From: Anaerolineae bacterium | Lineage (GTDB): Bacteria > Chloroflexota > Anaerolineae > VGOG01 | Reading direction: 5' to 3' | NCBI GenBank assembly: GCA_049589355.1 | Contig: JBAWAP010000323.1 | Coordinates: 24,539 to 88,538, forward strand | Length of the DNA: 64,000 nucleotides | Shown: one piece after another, positions 11,879 to 20,240 of the stretch | Layout of the letters: each line of letters begins with the position of its first letter | Position numbering within the stretch: the first letter of the stretch is position 1 | Program-made: the position numbers and the translations under genes | Notes under the pieces: generated by a model | Seen by the model: only the letters and a program-made list of their open reading frames with translations | Told to the model about the DNA's origin: nothing | Databases searched by the model: none

Positions 11879-12339
11879 TTTAGCTCCAGAATCAACTGGC
11901 AGTACGGGTCGCCCCTGGCAATAGAGCGGGGCAACGTCAGGGTCATTTCAGTGTGGCTGATCATGCCGTGATCGCCCTGCATGGCGATGTCGCACAGCCG
12001 GGACAGTTCATCCGGCGTGGCCCCTAGTCGTTTCCAGGCCGTGACTAGGGTGCAGTAGTGGAAGCGGACCTCACCCCGGGTCTCTCCTGCTTCAATCGCT
12101 TCCTTGTCGAAGATCTCTTGCCGGCCGGGTTGCATCTGGTGGGCGATGAAATCGGCTGGGGTGGCCAGGGAGCCCATTTGCTGGCCTTTGGTCTGGCCGT
12201 ACCGGTAGATGGCCCGGCTGGCCAAGCGCTCAGCCTCTTCCGGACCTAGAGCTGCCTCCATCTCCTTGAGCAGGAAAAAGAGGTACGTGGCCCGATCCTC
12301 GATGGCGCTGCGCACAGCTTCGGTTGTTTCGTTGGGCAT
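11875..12339 (-). CDS. Small conserved protein, possibly L-2-amino-thiazoline-4-carboxylate hydrolase-like
   Basis: 154 aa, 4-nt overlap with the downstream GNAT gene. C-terminal GDPYCQL resembles ATC-hydrolase family ends. Recognition is weak. Confidence 0.35.
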   Translation of the reverse strand: MPNETTEAVRSAIEDRATYLFFLLKEMEAALGPEEAERLASRAIYRYGQTKGQQMGSLATPADFIAHQMQPGRQEIFDKEAIEAGETRGEVRFHYCTLVTAWKRLGATPDELSRLCDIAMQGDHGMISHTEMTLTLPRSIARGDPYCQLILELK

Positions 12340-12357
12340 GCTTTGTCTCCTCTCGGG

Positions 12358-12996
12358 TTATGGCTGGTCTCTGTTGGGGGCCAGTATCACACCTTGTTTC
12401 TGCAGCGCCAGGATCAGGGCCTTATACCCGACAAAGTGGATGGCCTGGATGCCCAGCGCTGCCGTGGCCGACACGTTCGGCTCGTAATCGTCCACAAAGA
12501 TCGTTGCCTCAGGGGCCGTACCCAGGCGTTCCAGCGCTAGCCGGAAAATGACCGGGTCGGGCTTGGCCAGGCCCACCACTGCTGAGATCACCTCTACGTC
12601 GAACAACCCATTCAAGCCGTAGCGTTCGCGCAGCAGCCGGGGAAGGACATCACTGGCATTGCTCAGCAGCCCCGTGCGATACCGCCGCCGCAGTCGTCGG
12701 ACCAGGTCTGCCATCCGTCGGTCGGTCTTGGCGTCGCGGAACAGCGCTTGCGCAAAGTCACGGATCGCCTCGGGTGTGTGAAAGCCCAACCGGGCGCCGG
12801 TCCGCCGCCAGTATTCCTCATCGGTGATGGCCCCCACTTCGGCCAGCCGCCAATCGGCCGATTGCCATAGCATCTCAGTCAAGCCCCCAGGTTGCAATCT
12901 CAGGCGGGATTCCTGTTCCTGGAACGAATCTATCTGGCGAAAGTCCACCATCACTCCGCCAAAGTCGAAGATGATCGCTTCGATGTCTGATGCCAT
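12358..12996 (-). CDS. HAD-superfamily hydrolase (subfamily IA)
   Basis: IFDFGGVM motif I, LSN motif II, FVDD motif IV. Start set to ATG at 12996 (MASDIEAIIFDFGG). Confidence 0.8.
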   Translation of the reverse strand: MASDIEAIIFDFGGVMVDFRQIDSFQEQESRLRLQPGGLTEMLWQSADWRLAEVGAITDEEYWRRTGARLGFHTPEAIRDFAQALFRDAKTDRRMADLVRRLRRRYRTGLLSNASDVLPRLLRERYGLNGLFDVEVISAVVGLAKPDPVIFRLALERLGTAPEATIFVDDYEPNVSATAALGIQAIHFVGYKALILALQKQGVILAPNRDQP

Positions 12997-13085
12997 GTGT
13001 GCTCCACCTGGATTATACACGAATCTCATTCCCATGCAAATCATGCTGGGCAGGGTAGCGTCACTTTGGGCTACCCTGGTTTATC

Positions 13086-13114
13086 TTGACAAAACAACCG
13101 CTTTAGCTTATCAT
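13086..13114 (+). promoter_or_regulatory. sigma70-type promoter (TTGACA-17 nt-TATCAT)
   Basis: Read directly, 35 nt upstream of the GTG start at 13150. Confidence 0.55.
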
Positions 13115-13149
13115 TACAGGCGATTGCTTGGGTTGCCGCAGGAGGGGTA

Positions 13150-13701
13150 GTGGGTAAACGATTTGAGATCCGCCTGGCCGGGGCAGGAGGGCAGGGGATG
13201 ATCCTGGCGGGTTTGATCCTGGCCGAGGCGGCGGCGATCTACGACGGCAAGAATGCCAGCCAAAGCCAATCCTACGGCGCTGAGGCCCGCGGAGGCGCTA
13301 GCAGGTCGGAGGTGATTATCTCCGATAGCGAGATCGTCTATCCCAAGGTGACCAACGCTGACTTGCTCCTCTGCATGAGCCAGGAGGCCTGTGACAGGTA
13401 TTCCCACGAGTTGAAAGAGGACGGCGTCCTGATCGTGGATTCTGTTAACGTGGAACGTGTGCCCACTGGCCGAGCCTATCAGGTGCCCATCACCCAAATC
13501 GCTGAGGAGGCGACAGGGCGGCGGATCACGGCTAACATGGTGGGGTTAGGTTTGGTTGTAGGGCTGACGGGCGTGGTCTCTAAGGAATCCATACAGACTG
13601 CCGTCTCGGCCCGGGCACCCAAGGGTACTGAAGAGATGAACCTGAAAGCTCTGGCGGCCGGGCTTGAGAAGGCTGAGGAACTGAGGATAGCGCGGGGCTG
13701 A
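13150..13701 (+). CDS. 2-oxoacid:ferredoxin oxidoreductase gamma-subunit-like protein (stand-alone)
   Basis: RLAGAGGQGMILAG...QSYGAEARGG pattern of the POR/KOR gamma domain. 183 aa. No alpha/beta subunits nearby. Confidence 0.7.
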   Translation: MGKRFEIRLAGAGGQGMILAGLILAEAAAIYDGKNASQSQSYGAEARGGASRSEVIISDSEIVYPKVTNADLLLCMSQEACDRYSHELKEDGVLIVDSVNVERVPTGRAYQVPITQIAEEATGRRITANMVGLGLVVGLTGVVSKESIQTAVSARAPKGTEEMNLKALAAGLEKAEELRIARG

Positions 13702-13776
13702 ATCCCCGCGCTGATAGAGCGAAGCCCCTACGAGGCTGCAAATGACCAGCCCGAAGGGCTTTGCCCTTTCAGCCCG

Positions 13777-14037
13777 ATGGCTTCAGCCTCGGGCTTACTG
13801 GGTGTGAGGTTGGCCGAAGTGGCTGCTTCAACCGATGAACTGGATTTAGCTCCCTATGCCGGGCGGTGGATAGCCATCGTGCGGGGGCGAGTGGCGGGGG
13901 TTGGCCTCTCACCTGAGGAAGCCCGGCGCCTGGCTAAGCGCAATCGGCCCAGGGAGGAACCAGTGATTGTCTTCGTGTGCGCTGAGGGGGAGCACAAGGG
14001 GCAACGAGTAACGAGTAACGAGGGCTCCACTTATTGA
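13777..14037 (+). CDS. Small hypothetical protein (resembles DUF5678-type)
   Basis: 86-aa ORF (LAPYAGRWIAIVRGRVAGVGLSPEEARRLAKRN). The C-terminal tail is read from a heptamer repeat. Coding status is moderate. Confidence 0.4.
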   Translation: MASASGLLGVRLAEVAASTDELDLAPYAGRWIAIVRGRVAGVGLSPEEARRLAKRNRPREEPVIVFVCAEGEHKGQRVTSNEGSTY

Positions 14038-14050
14038 CTCGTTGCTCGTT
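14003..14050. repeat. Heptamer-tandem hairpin (AACGAGT x3 / inverted CTCGTT units)
   Basis: AACGAGTAACGAGTAACGAGG...ACTCGTTGCTCGTTG. The same word family recurs at 53452-53486. Confidence 0.85.
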
Positions 14051-14067
14051 GACTCATCAACTTACCA

Positions 14068-15567
14068 ATGATCGAACTCATCCCTAGGGGGTCAATTGTA
14101 GAACAAGTCTGCGTCTTCTTGCGGGAGCGCTCCGTCAAAGCTTATCTGGTAGGCGGCTGTGTGCGGGATTGGCTGCTGGGGTGCTCCAGCCATGACATAG
14201 ATTTCGCTGTGGCGGGCGATGCCGTAGAGCTGGCTCGCCGGGTGGCTGATCGAGAGGGTGGCGCTTTCGTGCTTTTGGACCAAGAACGCTGCACGGCTAG
14301 AGTGGTGACCAGAGGGGAAGACGGCCAGCGCCTCTTCATTGACTTTGCCCGGCTGCAAGGGGATGACATCATCACCGACCTCTCCAAACGGGATTTCACC
14401 GTTAATGCCATTGCTGTTGCTGTGGAGGCAGACACAGGGTCTCGCATCATAGACCCTTACAGTGGGCAACGCGACCTGCAGCTTGGCCTGGTACGAGCTG
14501 TCTCCGAGATGGCTTTTCTCGATGATCCCTTGCGCACCCTGCGAGCAGTGCGCCTGGCCGCCGAGATGGAGGCCAGCATCGAGCAGGGGACCGTGAGGCT
14601 GCTCCGTCAAGCCGTTCCTTTGATAGCCAACGTCTCTGCCGAAAGAGTGCGCGACGAGCTGAGCAAGATCCTGGCCTTACCAGGGGCACCACAGAATTTG
14701 CGCTATCTGGACGAGTTTGGCCTGCTAGTTGTCATAATACCTGAGCTGGAAACGCTGAAGGGGGTAGAGCAATCGGCCCCTCACTACCTGGACGTCTTTG
14801 AACATTCGCTGGAGACGGTGAGATGGCTGGAGCAGGTAGTTGATGTTGTGGAGGGATACGATGGAGAAGAGGTGGCGGATGGTGCACTGTCCCTGATTCC
14901 TCTTCTTTTGTCTCCTTTCTCCTTTCAGCTTAGCGCTCATCTGTCACAGCTCATCTCTGGTGACCGCACTCGCCTGACGGTGCTGAAGTTGATGGCCTTG
15001 CTGCACGATTTGGGCAAGCCTGCCACCAAAAGCGTTGATGATGAAGGGGTTATACATTTCTACGGCCATGAGGGGGAAGGGGTAGGGGTGGTGGGGGCCA
15101 TTCTCAGGCGCCTGCGCTTCGGTGGGAACGAGGTGGCCCTTGCCAAAACCATCGTGGCCAACCACATGCGCCCCTCCCTTTTGGCCGACCAGGAGGTGGT
15201 CACCAAGCGCGCCGTTTACCGTTTCTTCCGCGACACGGGAGATGCCGGCGTGGACACCTTGCTTTTCTATTTAGCCGATCACCTGGCGACCTGGGGGCCC
15301 AATCTCAGGATGGCTCGCTGGCAGAGGCGGGTGGAGTTCGTGGCCTCGATGCTGGCCGATTATTATGAGCGTCACCATAAGGTCATCTCCCCACCCAAGC
15401 TGATCAGCGGCCACGACCTCATGGAGGAGTTTGGCCTGCAGGAGGGGCCCCGCATTGGCGAGCTTCTGGAGGCGGTGCGGGAGGCTCAGGTGGAGGGGGA
15501 GGTGAGGACGAGGGAGGAGGCGCTGGCGCTGGTGAAAGAGCTGCTGACTCAAGGGGGACTTGCTTGA
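14068..15567 (+). CDS. cca: CCA-adding tRNA nucleotidyltransferase with HD domain
   Basis: GGCVRDWLLG...DIDF polymerase-beta motif and HD-domain LLHDLGK. 499 aa. Confidence 0.85.
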   Translation: MIELIPRGSIVEQVCVFLRERSVKAYLVGGCVRDWLLGCSSHDIDFAVAGDAVELARRVADREGGAFVLLDQERCTARVVTRGEDGQRLFIDFARLQGDDIITDLSKRDFTVNAIAVAVEADTGSRIIDPYSGQRDLQLGLVRAVSEMAFLDDPLRTLRAVRLAAEMEASIEQGTVRLLRQAVPLIANVSAERVRDELSKILALPGAPQNLRYLDEFGLLVVIIPELETLKGVEQSAPHYLDVFEHSLETVRWLEQVVDVVEGYDGEEVADGALSLIPLLLSPFSFQLSAHLSQLISGDRTRLTVLKLMALLHDLGKPATKSVDDEGVIHFYGHEGEGVGVVGAILRRLRFGGNEVALAKTIVANHMRPSLLADQEVVTKRAVYRFFRDTGDAGVDTLLFYLADHLATWGPNLRMARWQRRVEFVASMLADYYERHHKVISPPKLISGHDLMEEFGLQEGPRIGELLEAVREAQVEGEVRTREEALALVKELLTQGGLA

Positions 15568-15914
15568 TCCCACATCCCGGTGATGGTGCGAGCTAGCCGC
15601 TCCCCGATAAGACCGGTTGTTCCGAAGGCCAAAGGGAACCAAAGAGGAACGCCAAGGAAAGTGGGATTGGCATAGTACCAGACGCCAAAGTGCACGAACA
15701 CTGCCTCCGCTAGCGAGCCCAGCACGGCGATGACCAGGAAGAAGCTCAGATCGAGTCGGTCGTGCCAAAGAGCCAGCGCTGCCAGGCACTCCACCAGCAC
15801 GACCACGAACAGAAGCAGGTTATTCCTCCACAGCAGCGATACTGAAGCTACGAGCAGAGAGAAGGTCGCGAGTTCCCTTACAAGCTCGGTCCATAGTTGT
15901 TTCGAATGCTTCAT
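15549..15914 (-). CDS. Small integral membrane protein
   Basis: About four hydrophobic segments. Start set to ATG at 15914 (MKHSKQLW). 3' end overlaps the cca stop by 19 nt. Confidence 0.5.
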   Translation of the reverse strand: MKHSKQLWTELVRELATFSLLVASVSLLWRNNLLLFVVVLVECLAALALWHDRLDLSFFLVIAVLGSLAEAVFVHFGVWYYANPTFLGVPLWFPLAFGTTGLIGERLARTITGMWDQASPP

Positions 15915-15974
15915 GCCTCGGTGCTCCGTACAATTGATCGCTCTGGTCACTTCGCTGGAGTTTGGATAAAGCTG

Positions 15975-16074
15975 AGAAACCAGGTTTTTCTGCTACATTG
16001 TGCTTTCCAGGGCATTGGAGCTGCTTGCCACTGGTACGTGTTGGATACAAAAAGGTTGTAAAAACCTGGTTTCT
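15975..16074. repeat. 100-nt element closed by a perfect 15-bp inverted repeat
   Basis: AGAAACCAGGTTTTT (15975-15989) and AAAAACCTGGTTTCT (16060-16074) flank 70 nt. That 70-nt interior contains CTTTCCAGGGCATTGGAG, which is shared with the element at 31500-31601. Confidence 0.8.
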
Positions 16075-16150
16075 GACCACTTCTCTGAGTTTGTCCAAAG
16101 GCCAGGCCTTGAAACCGCGATTATTTTACCAGAAAAGACAGGAGTAGGCA

Positions 16151-17083
16151 ATGCCGAGCAAAACGCCCACGATAAGTGAGAAGCTGTCTGCCTGGGTGGC
16201 TCTTTCCCGGCTGCCTTTCCACTCTGTGGGGGTGCTGCCGTTCATCCTGGGTGGGGTGCTGGCCTGGCGGCTAGGAGGGGCTTTCCGTTGGGATGTCTTC
16301 GCCTGGGGCACGCTGGGCGTGGTGCTCGTTATGCTGGCCACCTACTACGCCGGGGAATACTGGGACTACGCCGAGGATTCCCTCTCCGCTCGTTTGACTC
16401 CCAGCCGCTTCGCTGGGGGCTCCCGAGTGTTGCAGCGCGGTCTTTTGCCGCGCCGCGCCCCGCTGTGGGCCTCGCTAGTCAGCCTGCTGTTGGCCATCGG
16501 AGTGGCGTTGACTCTGCAGTTAGGCTATCGGACAGGGCCGTGGACCATCCCCTTCGCCGCCCTGGGCCTGCTGGCTGGATTCTTTTACTCCACGCGGCCA
16601 GTGCGTTGGGTGAGCACGGGTTGGGGCGAGTTGTGGATCGCTTTCTGCTACGGCTGGCTGCCGGTGGCGGTGGGCTGTTACTTGCAGGTGGGAGAGATAG
16701 CGCAGCTTGTTCACTGGCTGGCGATCCCCATCGGTCTCACCATCTTCAACGTGATCTTGCTCAACGAATTCCCCGATTACCCAGCCGACTTGGAGGCAGG
16801 GAAGGCCAACCTGATGGTGCGATGGGGACGAGAGCGAGCCTCCCGCCTCTATGGCCTCATCAGCCTGGGGAGCTGGGTGGCAGTGCTGCTCTCCCTGGGT
16901 CACGGCGTGCCCACGCGGGCTCTGTGGTTCTATCTGCCCATCCTGACCCTCTCGCTGATCCTGGTCGTGCTTGTGCTAGGCGGGCGCTGGCGGGATCGGA
17001 CCACCCTGGAGAAGCTCTGTGGCGCCAACCTGATGGTGAACCTGGGCACCACGGCGGCCTACATCTTTGCCTTTGTGGGTTGA
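16151..17083 (+). CDS. UbiA-family aromatic prenyltransferase (MenA-like)
   Basis: About 9 TM segments. Asp-rich motifs GEYWDYAEDS and NEFPDYPAD. 310 aa. Confidence 0.8.
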   Translation: MPSKTPTISEKLSAWVALSRLPFHSVGVLPFILGGVLAWRLGGAFRWDVFAWGTLGVVLVMLATYYAGEYWDYAEDSLSARLTPSRFAGGSRVLQRGLLPRRAPLWASLVSLLLAIGVALTLQLGYRTGPWTIPFAALGLLAGFFYSTRPVRWVSTGWGELWIAFCYGWLPVAVGCYLQVGEIAQLVHWLAIPIGLTIFNVILLNEFPDYPADLEAGKANLMVRWGRERASRLYGLISLGSWVAVLLSLGHGVPTRALWFYLPILTLSLILVVLVLGGRWRDRTTLEKLCGANLMVNLGTTAAYIFAFVG

Positions 17084-17142
17084 GCATACGGACATTGAGC
17101 ACAGGTGCTCGGCACTTTAGTGCTACCTCACGGATTGATCGT

Positions 17143-18435
17143 ATGGGCGAGTGGTTGCAGGAGTGGGGAAAAAGACCAAAGCGCAAGGTGCGTACCTATT
17201 GGTGGCCACCGAGTCTGTTCCTCCGACAACTGGGGAGTGCACTGTACGTGGGTGCGCTGGCGCACTGGAGGGAGTTGCCGCGCTGGATTGTCACCTACGG
17301 CTTCAAGTGTCTCCCCGGGACTGCCGGGTCGTGGGGACAGGGTTGCATCGGCTTTCCGGCCCACCCGGTCTGGGAGATGACGACGGCCTGCAACCTGCAC
17401 TGCATCCACTGCCACGCCTCCGGCGGCAAGCCCGCAGCCGACGAACTGACCACCGAGGAGGCCAAGCGCCTGTTCGATCAACTGGCCGAGGTGAGCGAGT
17501 TTCGCATGGTGGCTTTCACCGGCGGCGAGCCGCTGGTGCGCGGCGACCTCTTCGAGCTGTTGGCCTACACCCAGGCCCTGGGCTTCACCAATACCCTGGC
17601 CACTAACGCCACCCTCATTGACGATGAGGTGGCCCGTGACCTGCGCCGCTACGGCGTGGCGATCGGTGCCGTGAGCCTGGACGGCTTCGATGCCGCCACC
17701 CACGACTTTGTGCGTGGTCAGCTTGGTACCTTTGAAGATACCCTGCGGGGGATACGCGCCCTGCGCCGGGCCGGCATCCCGCTGCACATCAACATCACGG
17801 CCATGGAATACAACATGGATCAGTTGGAGCCGCTAATGGACCTCGTGGATGAACTGGGGACGGCAATCCTCATCATGTACCAACTGGTGCCGGTGGGGCG
17901 AGGGCGGGGCATCGGGGAAGCAGCTCTGGACCTGAGCGCCAACGAGCGACTGATCCGCTTCATGGCCCAGGCCCAGAGCGTCATCCGGGCCGTCATGGAG
18001 CCAGTGGCGGGCCCCCAGTATTGGCCCTTCTTGCTGCAACGGGCTGGCATCAAAAGCGGCCCGCTCCTGCGTCTGGCAGAGACGGTCTTTCACGGGTGTT
18101 CGGCGGGCCGGGGCTTCGTCTACATCAAGCCCAACGGCGAGGTCTGGCCCTGCCCTTTCATCGAGGTGAGCTGCGGCAACGTGCGCGAAACACCGTTCGC
18201 CGAAATCTGGGCCACTGCTCCCATCTTCGAGGATTTGCGAAAGCGGGAGCAACGCCTGAAAGGACGCTGCGGCAAGTGCGAGTATAGGCGGCTCTGCGGC
18301 GGCTGTCGGGGGCGGACCCTGGTCACCACCGGCGACTATCTGGCTGAGGATCCCTCTTGCTTTATCCATCGCCCTGACGATCAGACCTCAGAGGTTTCGC
18401 AAACCTCGGAGGTCTCCGAACAGGAAATCCAATGA
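17143..18435 (+). CDS. Radical SAM / SPASM-domain enzyme
   Basis: CNLHCIHC cluster motif. C-terminal Cys-rich SPASM region (CPF...CGKCEYRRLCGGC). Start set to ATG 17143, because the 715-aa ORF from 16288 is an out-of-frame overlap with the UbiA gene. The C-terminal tail DQTSEVSQTSEVSEQEIQ is encoded by a palindrome (18384-18414). Confidence 0.85.
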   Translation: MGEWLQEWGKRPKRKVRTYWWPPSLFLRQLGSALYVGALAHWRELPRWIVTYGFKCLPGTAGSWGQGCIGFPAHPVWEMTTACNLHCIHCHASGGKPAADELTTEEAKRLFDQLAEVSEFRMVAFTGGEPLVRGDLFELLAYTQALGFTNTLATNATLIDDEVARDLRRYGVAIGAVSLDGFDAATHDFVRGQLGTFEDTLRGIRALRRAGIPLHINITAMEYNMDQLEPLMDLVDELGTAILIMYQLVPVGRGRGIGEAALDLSANERLIRFMAQAQSVIRAVMEPVAGPQYWPFLLQRAGIKSGPLLRLAETVFHGCSAGRGFVYIKPNGEVWPCPFIEVSCGNVRETPFAEIWATAPIFEDLRKREQRLKGRCGKCEYRRLCGGCRGRTLVTTGDYLAEDPSCFIHRPDDQTSEVSQTSEVSEQEIQ

Positions 18436-19403
18436 TTACCTCTGTGCAGCTCATCCCCTTACTGGAACCCATCCGCCCACAACTGGAGCGGGTGGAGTGC
18501 CTGTTGCATGAAACACTGACGAAGGTCGAGGAGCCGATCAGTTCAAGGCTACGCCACTCGCTGGATGGCGGCAAACGTCTGCGGCCAGCGCTGGTGATCC
18601 TCACCGGGCAGATTTTCGCCTCTTCTACCAAGCCTTTCTACAACCTGGCGGCGGCAGTTGATATGCTACACACCGCCACGCTGATACACGATGACTTGCT
18701 GGATGAGGCCCCCTTGCGACGGGGTCGTGAGACACTGCACACGATATGGCCGGCAGGGGCGACCGTGCTGGCCGGCGACTACCTCCTGGGCCAGGCCATA
18801 TCGCTGATAGCAGAGCTGGAGCATCCTCGTGTCTTCAAGGTCTTGGGCGAAACTCTCTGCACCTTGTGCACCGGAGAGATAAGGCGGATGGTGGTCGCCG
18901 GGGGAGAACGTAGCCGCGAGGGATATTACCGTAGCATCGAGGCCAAGACTGCCTCGCTGTTCGCCGCCTCAACGGAGATGGCAGGCGTCCTCGCCGGGGC
19001 AGAGGAGCGGCAGATCGCGGTTCTGCGTCGTTTCGGTCGAGAGTTGGGGATGGCCTTTCAGGTCGTGGACGATGTGCTGGACTTCATCGGCGACGAGGCG
19101 CAGTTGGGTAAGCCGGCTGGCAGCGATTTCCGCCAGGGCCTGATGACATTGCCCATCCTCTACTATCTGGAGATGACAGAGGACGATGGCCCTGTCCACG
19201 CTGTGCTAGCTGGCCAGCGGGACGAGGAGCACGTGCGAGCGGCGATAGAGGCCGTTCGCTCTTCGGGAGCCATTGAGGCTTCGCTGGCGGAGGCACGAGC
19301 CCACGCCAGGCGAAGCCAGGAGGCACTGATGACCTTGCCCGACAACGCCTCGCGCCATACGCTGTGTTCTCTGGCCGAATATGTGGTGGAGCGAAGGTGG
19401 TGA
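18432..19403 (+). CDS. Long-chain polyprenyl diphosphate synthase
   Basis: DDLLDE and DDVLD Asp-rich motifs. ATGA overlap with the preceding gene. Confidence 0.9.
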   Translation: MITSVQLIPLLEPIRPQLERVECLLHETLTKVEEPISSRLRHSLDGGKRLRPALVILTGQIFASSTKPFYNLAAAVDMLHTATLIHDDLLDEAPLRRGRETLHTIWPAGATVLAGDYLLGQAISLIAELEHPRVFKVLGETLCTLCTGEIRRMVVAGGERSREGYYRSIEAKTASLFAASTEMAGVLAGAEERQIAVLRRFGRELGMAFQVVDDVLDFIGDEAQLGKPAGSDFRQGLMTLPILYYLEMTEDDGPVHAVLAGQRDEEHVRAAIEAVRSSGAIEASLAEARAHARRSQEALMTLPDNASRHTLCSLAEYVVERRW

Positions 19404-19424
19404 GAAACGAGGAATTTGCCCATT

Positions 19425-19453
19425 TTGACCTAAATTCAGTGCTGGGTTATAAT
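19425..19453 (+). promoter_or_regulatory. sigma70-type promoter (TTGACC-17 nt-TATAAT)
   Basis: Read directly, 15 nt upstream of ATG 19468. Confidence 0.55.
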
Positions 19454-19467
19454 ACACCAGGACATTC

Positions 19468-20190
19468 ATGGAGATACAAGCGGCTGTCGCCAAAGTGCAC
19501 AAATACGCCACCAGCGAAAGTGGCGATACCTTAGAAATGATCGAGCGGCCCCACGGTGGGCTCTCTCTGGTGCTGGCCGACGGGCAACGCTCGGGCAAGG
19601 CAGCCAAGACTATTAGCAACTTGGTGGCCCGCAAGGCTATCTCGCTCTTGGCCGAGGGGGTTCGGGATGGCGCGGCAGCCCGGGCAGCCCACGATTATCT
19701 CTATGCTAATCGTGGAGGCAGGGTCTCGGCTACTCTGAACATCGTCTCGGTGGATTTGGTCACCCAAACCGTGGTCATCTCACGGAATAGCCACTGCCCA
19801 GTCATCGTCGCTGACCATCACGGGGTGCGGACCTTGGATGCGCCCAGCCAGCCGGTAGGCATCTACCCCGGGACCAAACCGGTCATCACCGAGCTGCCCA
19901 TTGTCCCTCACACCTGGCTAGTCGTTTTCACCGACGGGGCGCTGGTTGCCGGGCAGCGCTATGGGGAGCGGCTGGATATGGTTCAGCTTGTCTCCGACTT
20001 CTTGGCTGGCGGGAAAAGGGATGCCCAGGCTATGGCCGACGCTATCCTGGAACGGGCTGTAGAGCTGGATCGGGGACGGCCATCGGATGACATAAGCGTT
20101 CTGGTGATGGCTATTCTGCCCAGGGTACAAGAGGACAATGTGCGGCGGATGACGGTTAGCTTCCCAATTGACAAATGGGACAAAAAGTGA
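19468..20190 (+). CDS. PP2C/SpoIIE-like serine phosphatase
   Basis: 240 aa. SGDTLEMIE...LADGQRSG...VVFTDGAL pattern of SpoIIE-type phosphatases. Confidence 0.55.
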   Translation: MEIQAAVAKVHKYATSESGDTLEMIERPHGGLSLVLADGQRSGKAAKTISNLVARKAISLLAEGVRDGAAARAAHDYLYANRGGRVSATLNIVSVDLVTQTVVISRNSHCPVIVADHHGVRTLDAPSQPVGIYPGTKPVITELPIVPHTWLVVFTDGALVAGQRYGERLDMVQLVSDFLAGGKRDAQAMADAILERAVELDRGRPSDDISVLVMAILPRVQEDNVRRMTVSFPIDKWDKK

Positions 20191-20240
20191 CATAATAGGC
20201 TTACTACGCGGGCAGGGTGATGCCCTGAAAAGAGAGAAAC

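Noticed and set aside
13150-13701. The stand-alone 2-oxoacid:ferredoxin oxidoreductase gamma-like gene as a remnant of a deleted KOR/POR operon.
   Set aside because: The ORF is intact and has its own consensus promoter. No relic alpha/beta fragments are visible nearby. Stand-alone gamma-domain proteins may be normal, so this cannot be judged without a database comparison.
16288-17142. The N-terminal 285 residues of the 715-aa ORF that overlaps the UbiA gene out of frame.
   Set aside because: The overlapping part is Arg/Gly/Pro-rich nonsense. The radical-SAM domain starts after an internal ATG (17143) located 60 nt past the UbiA stop.
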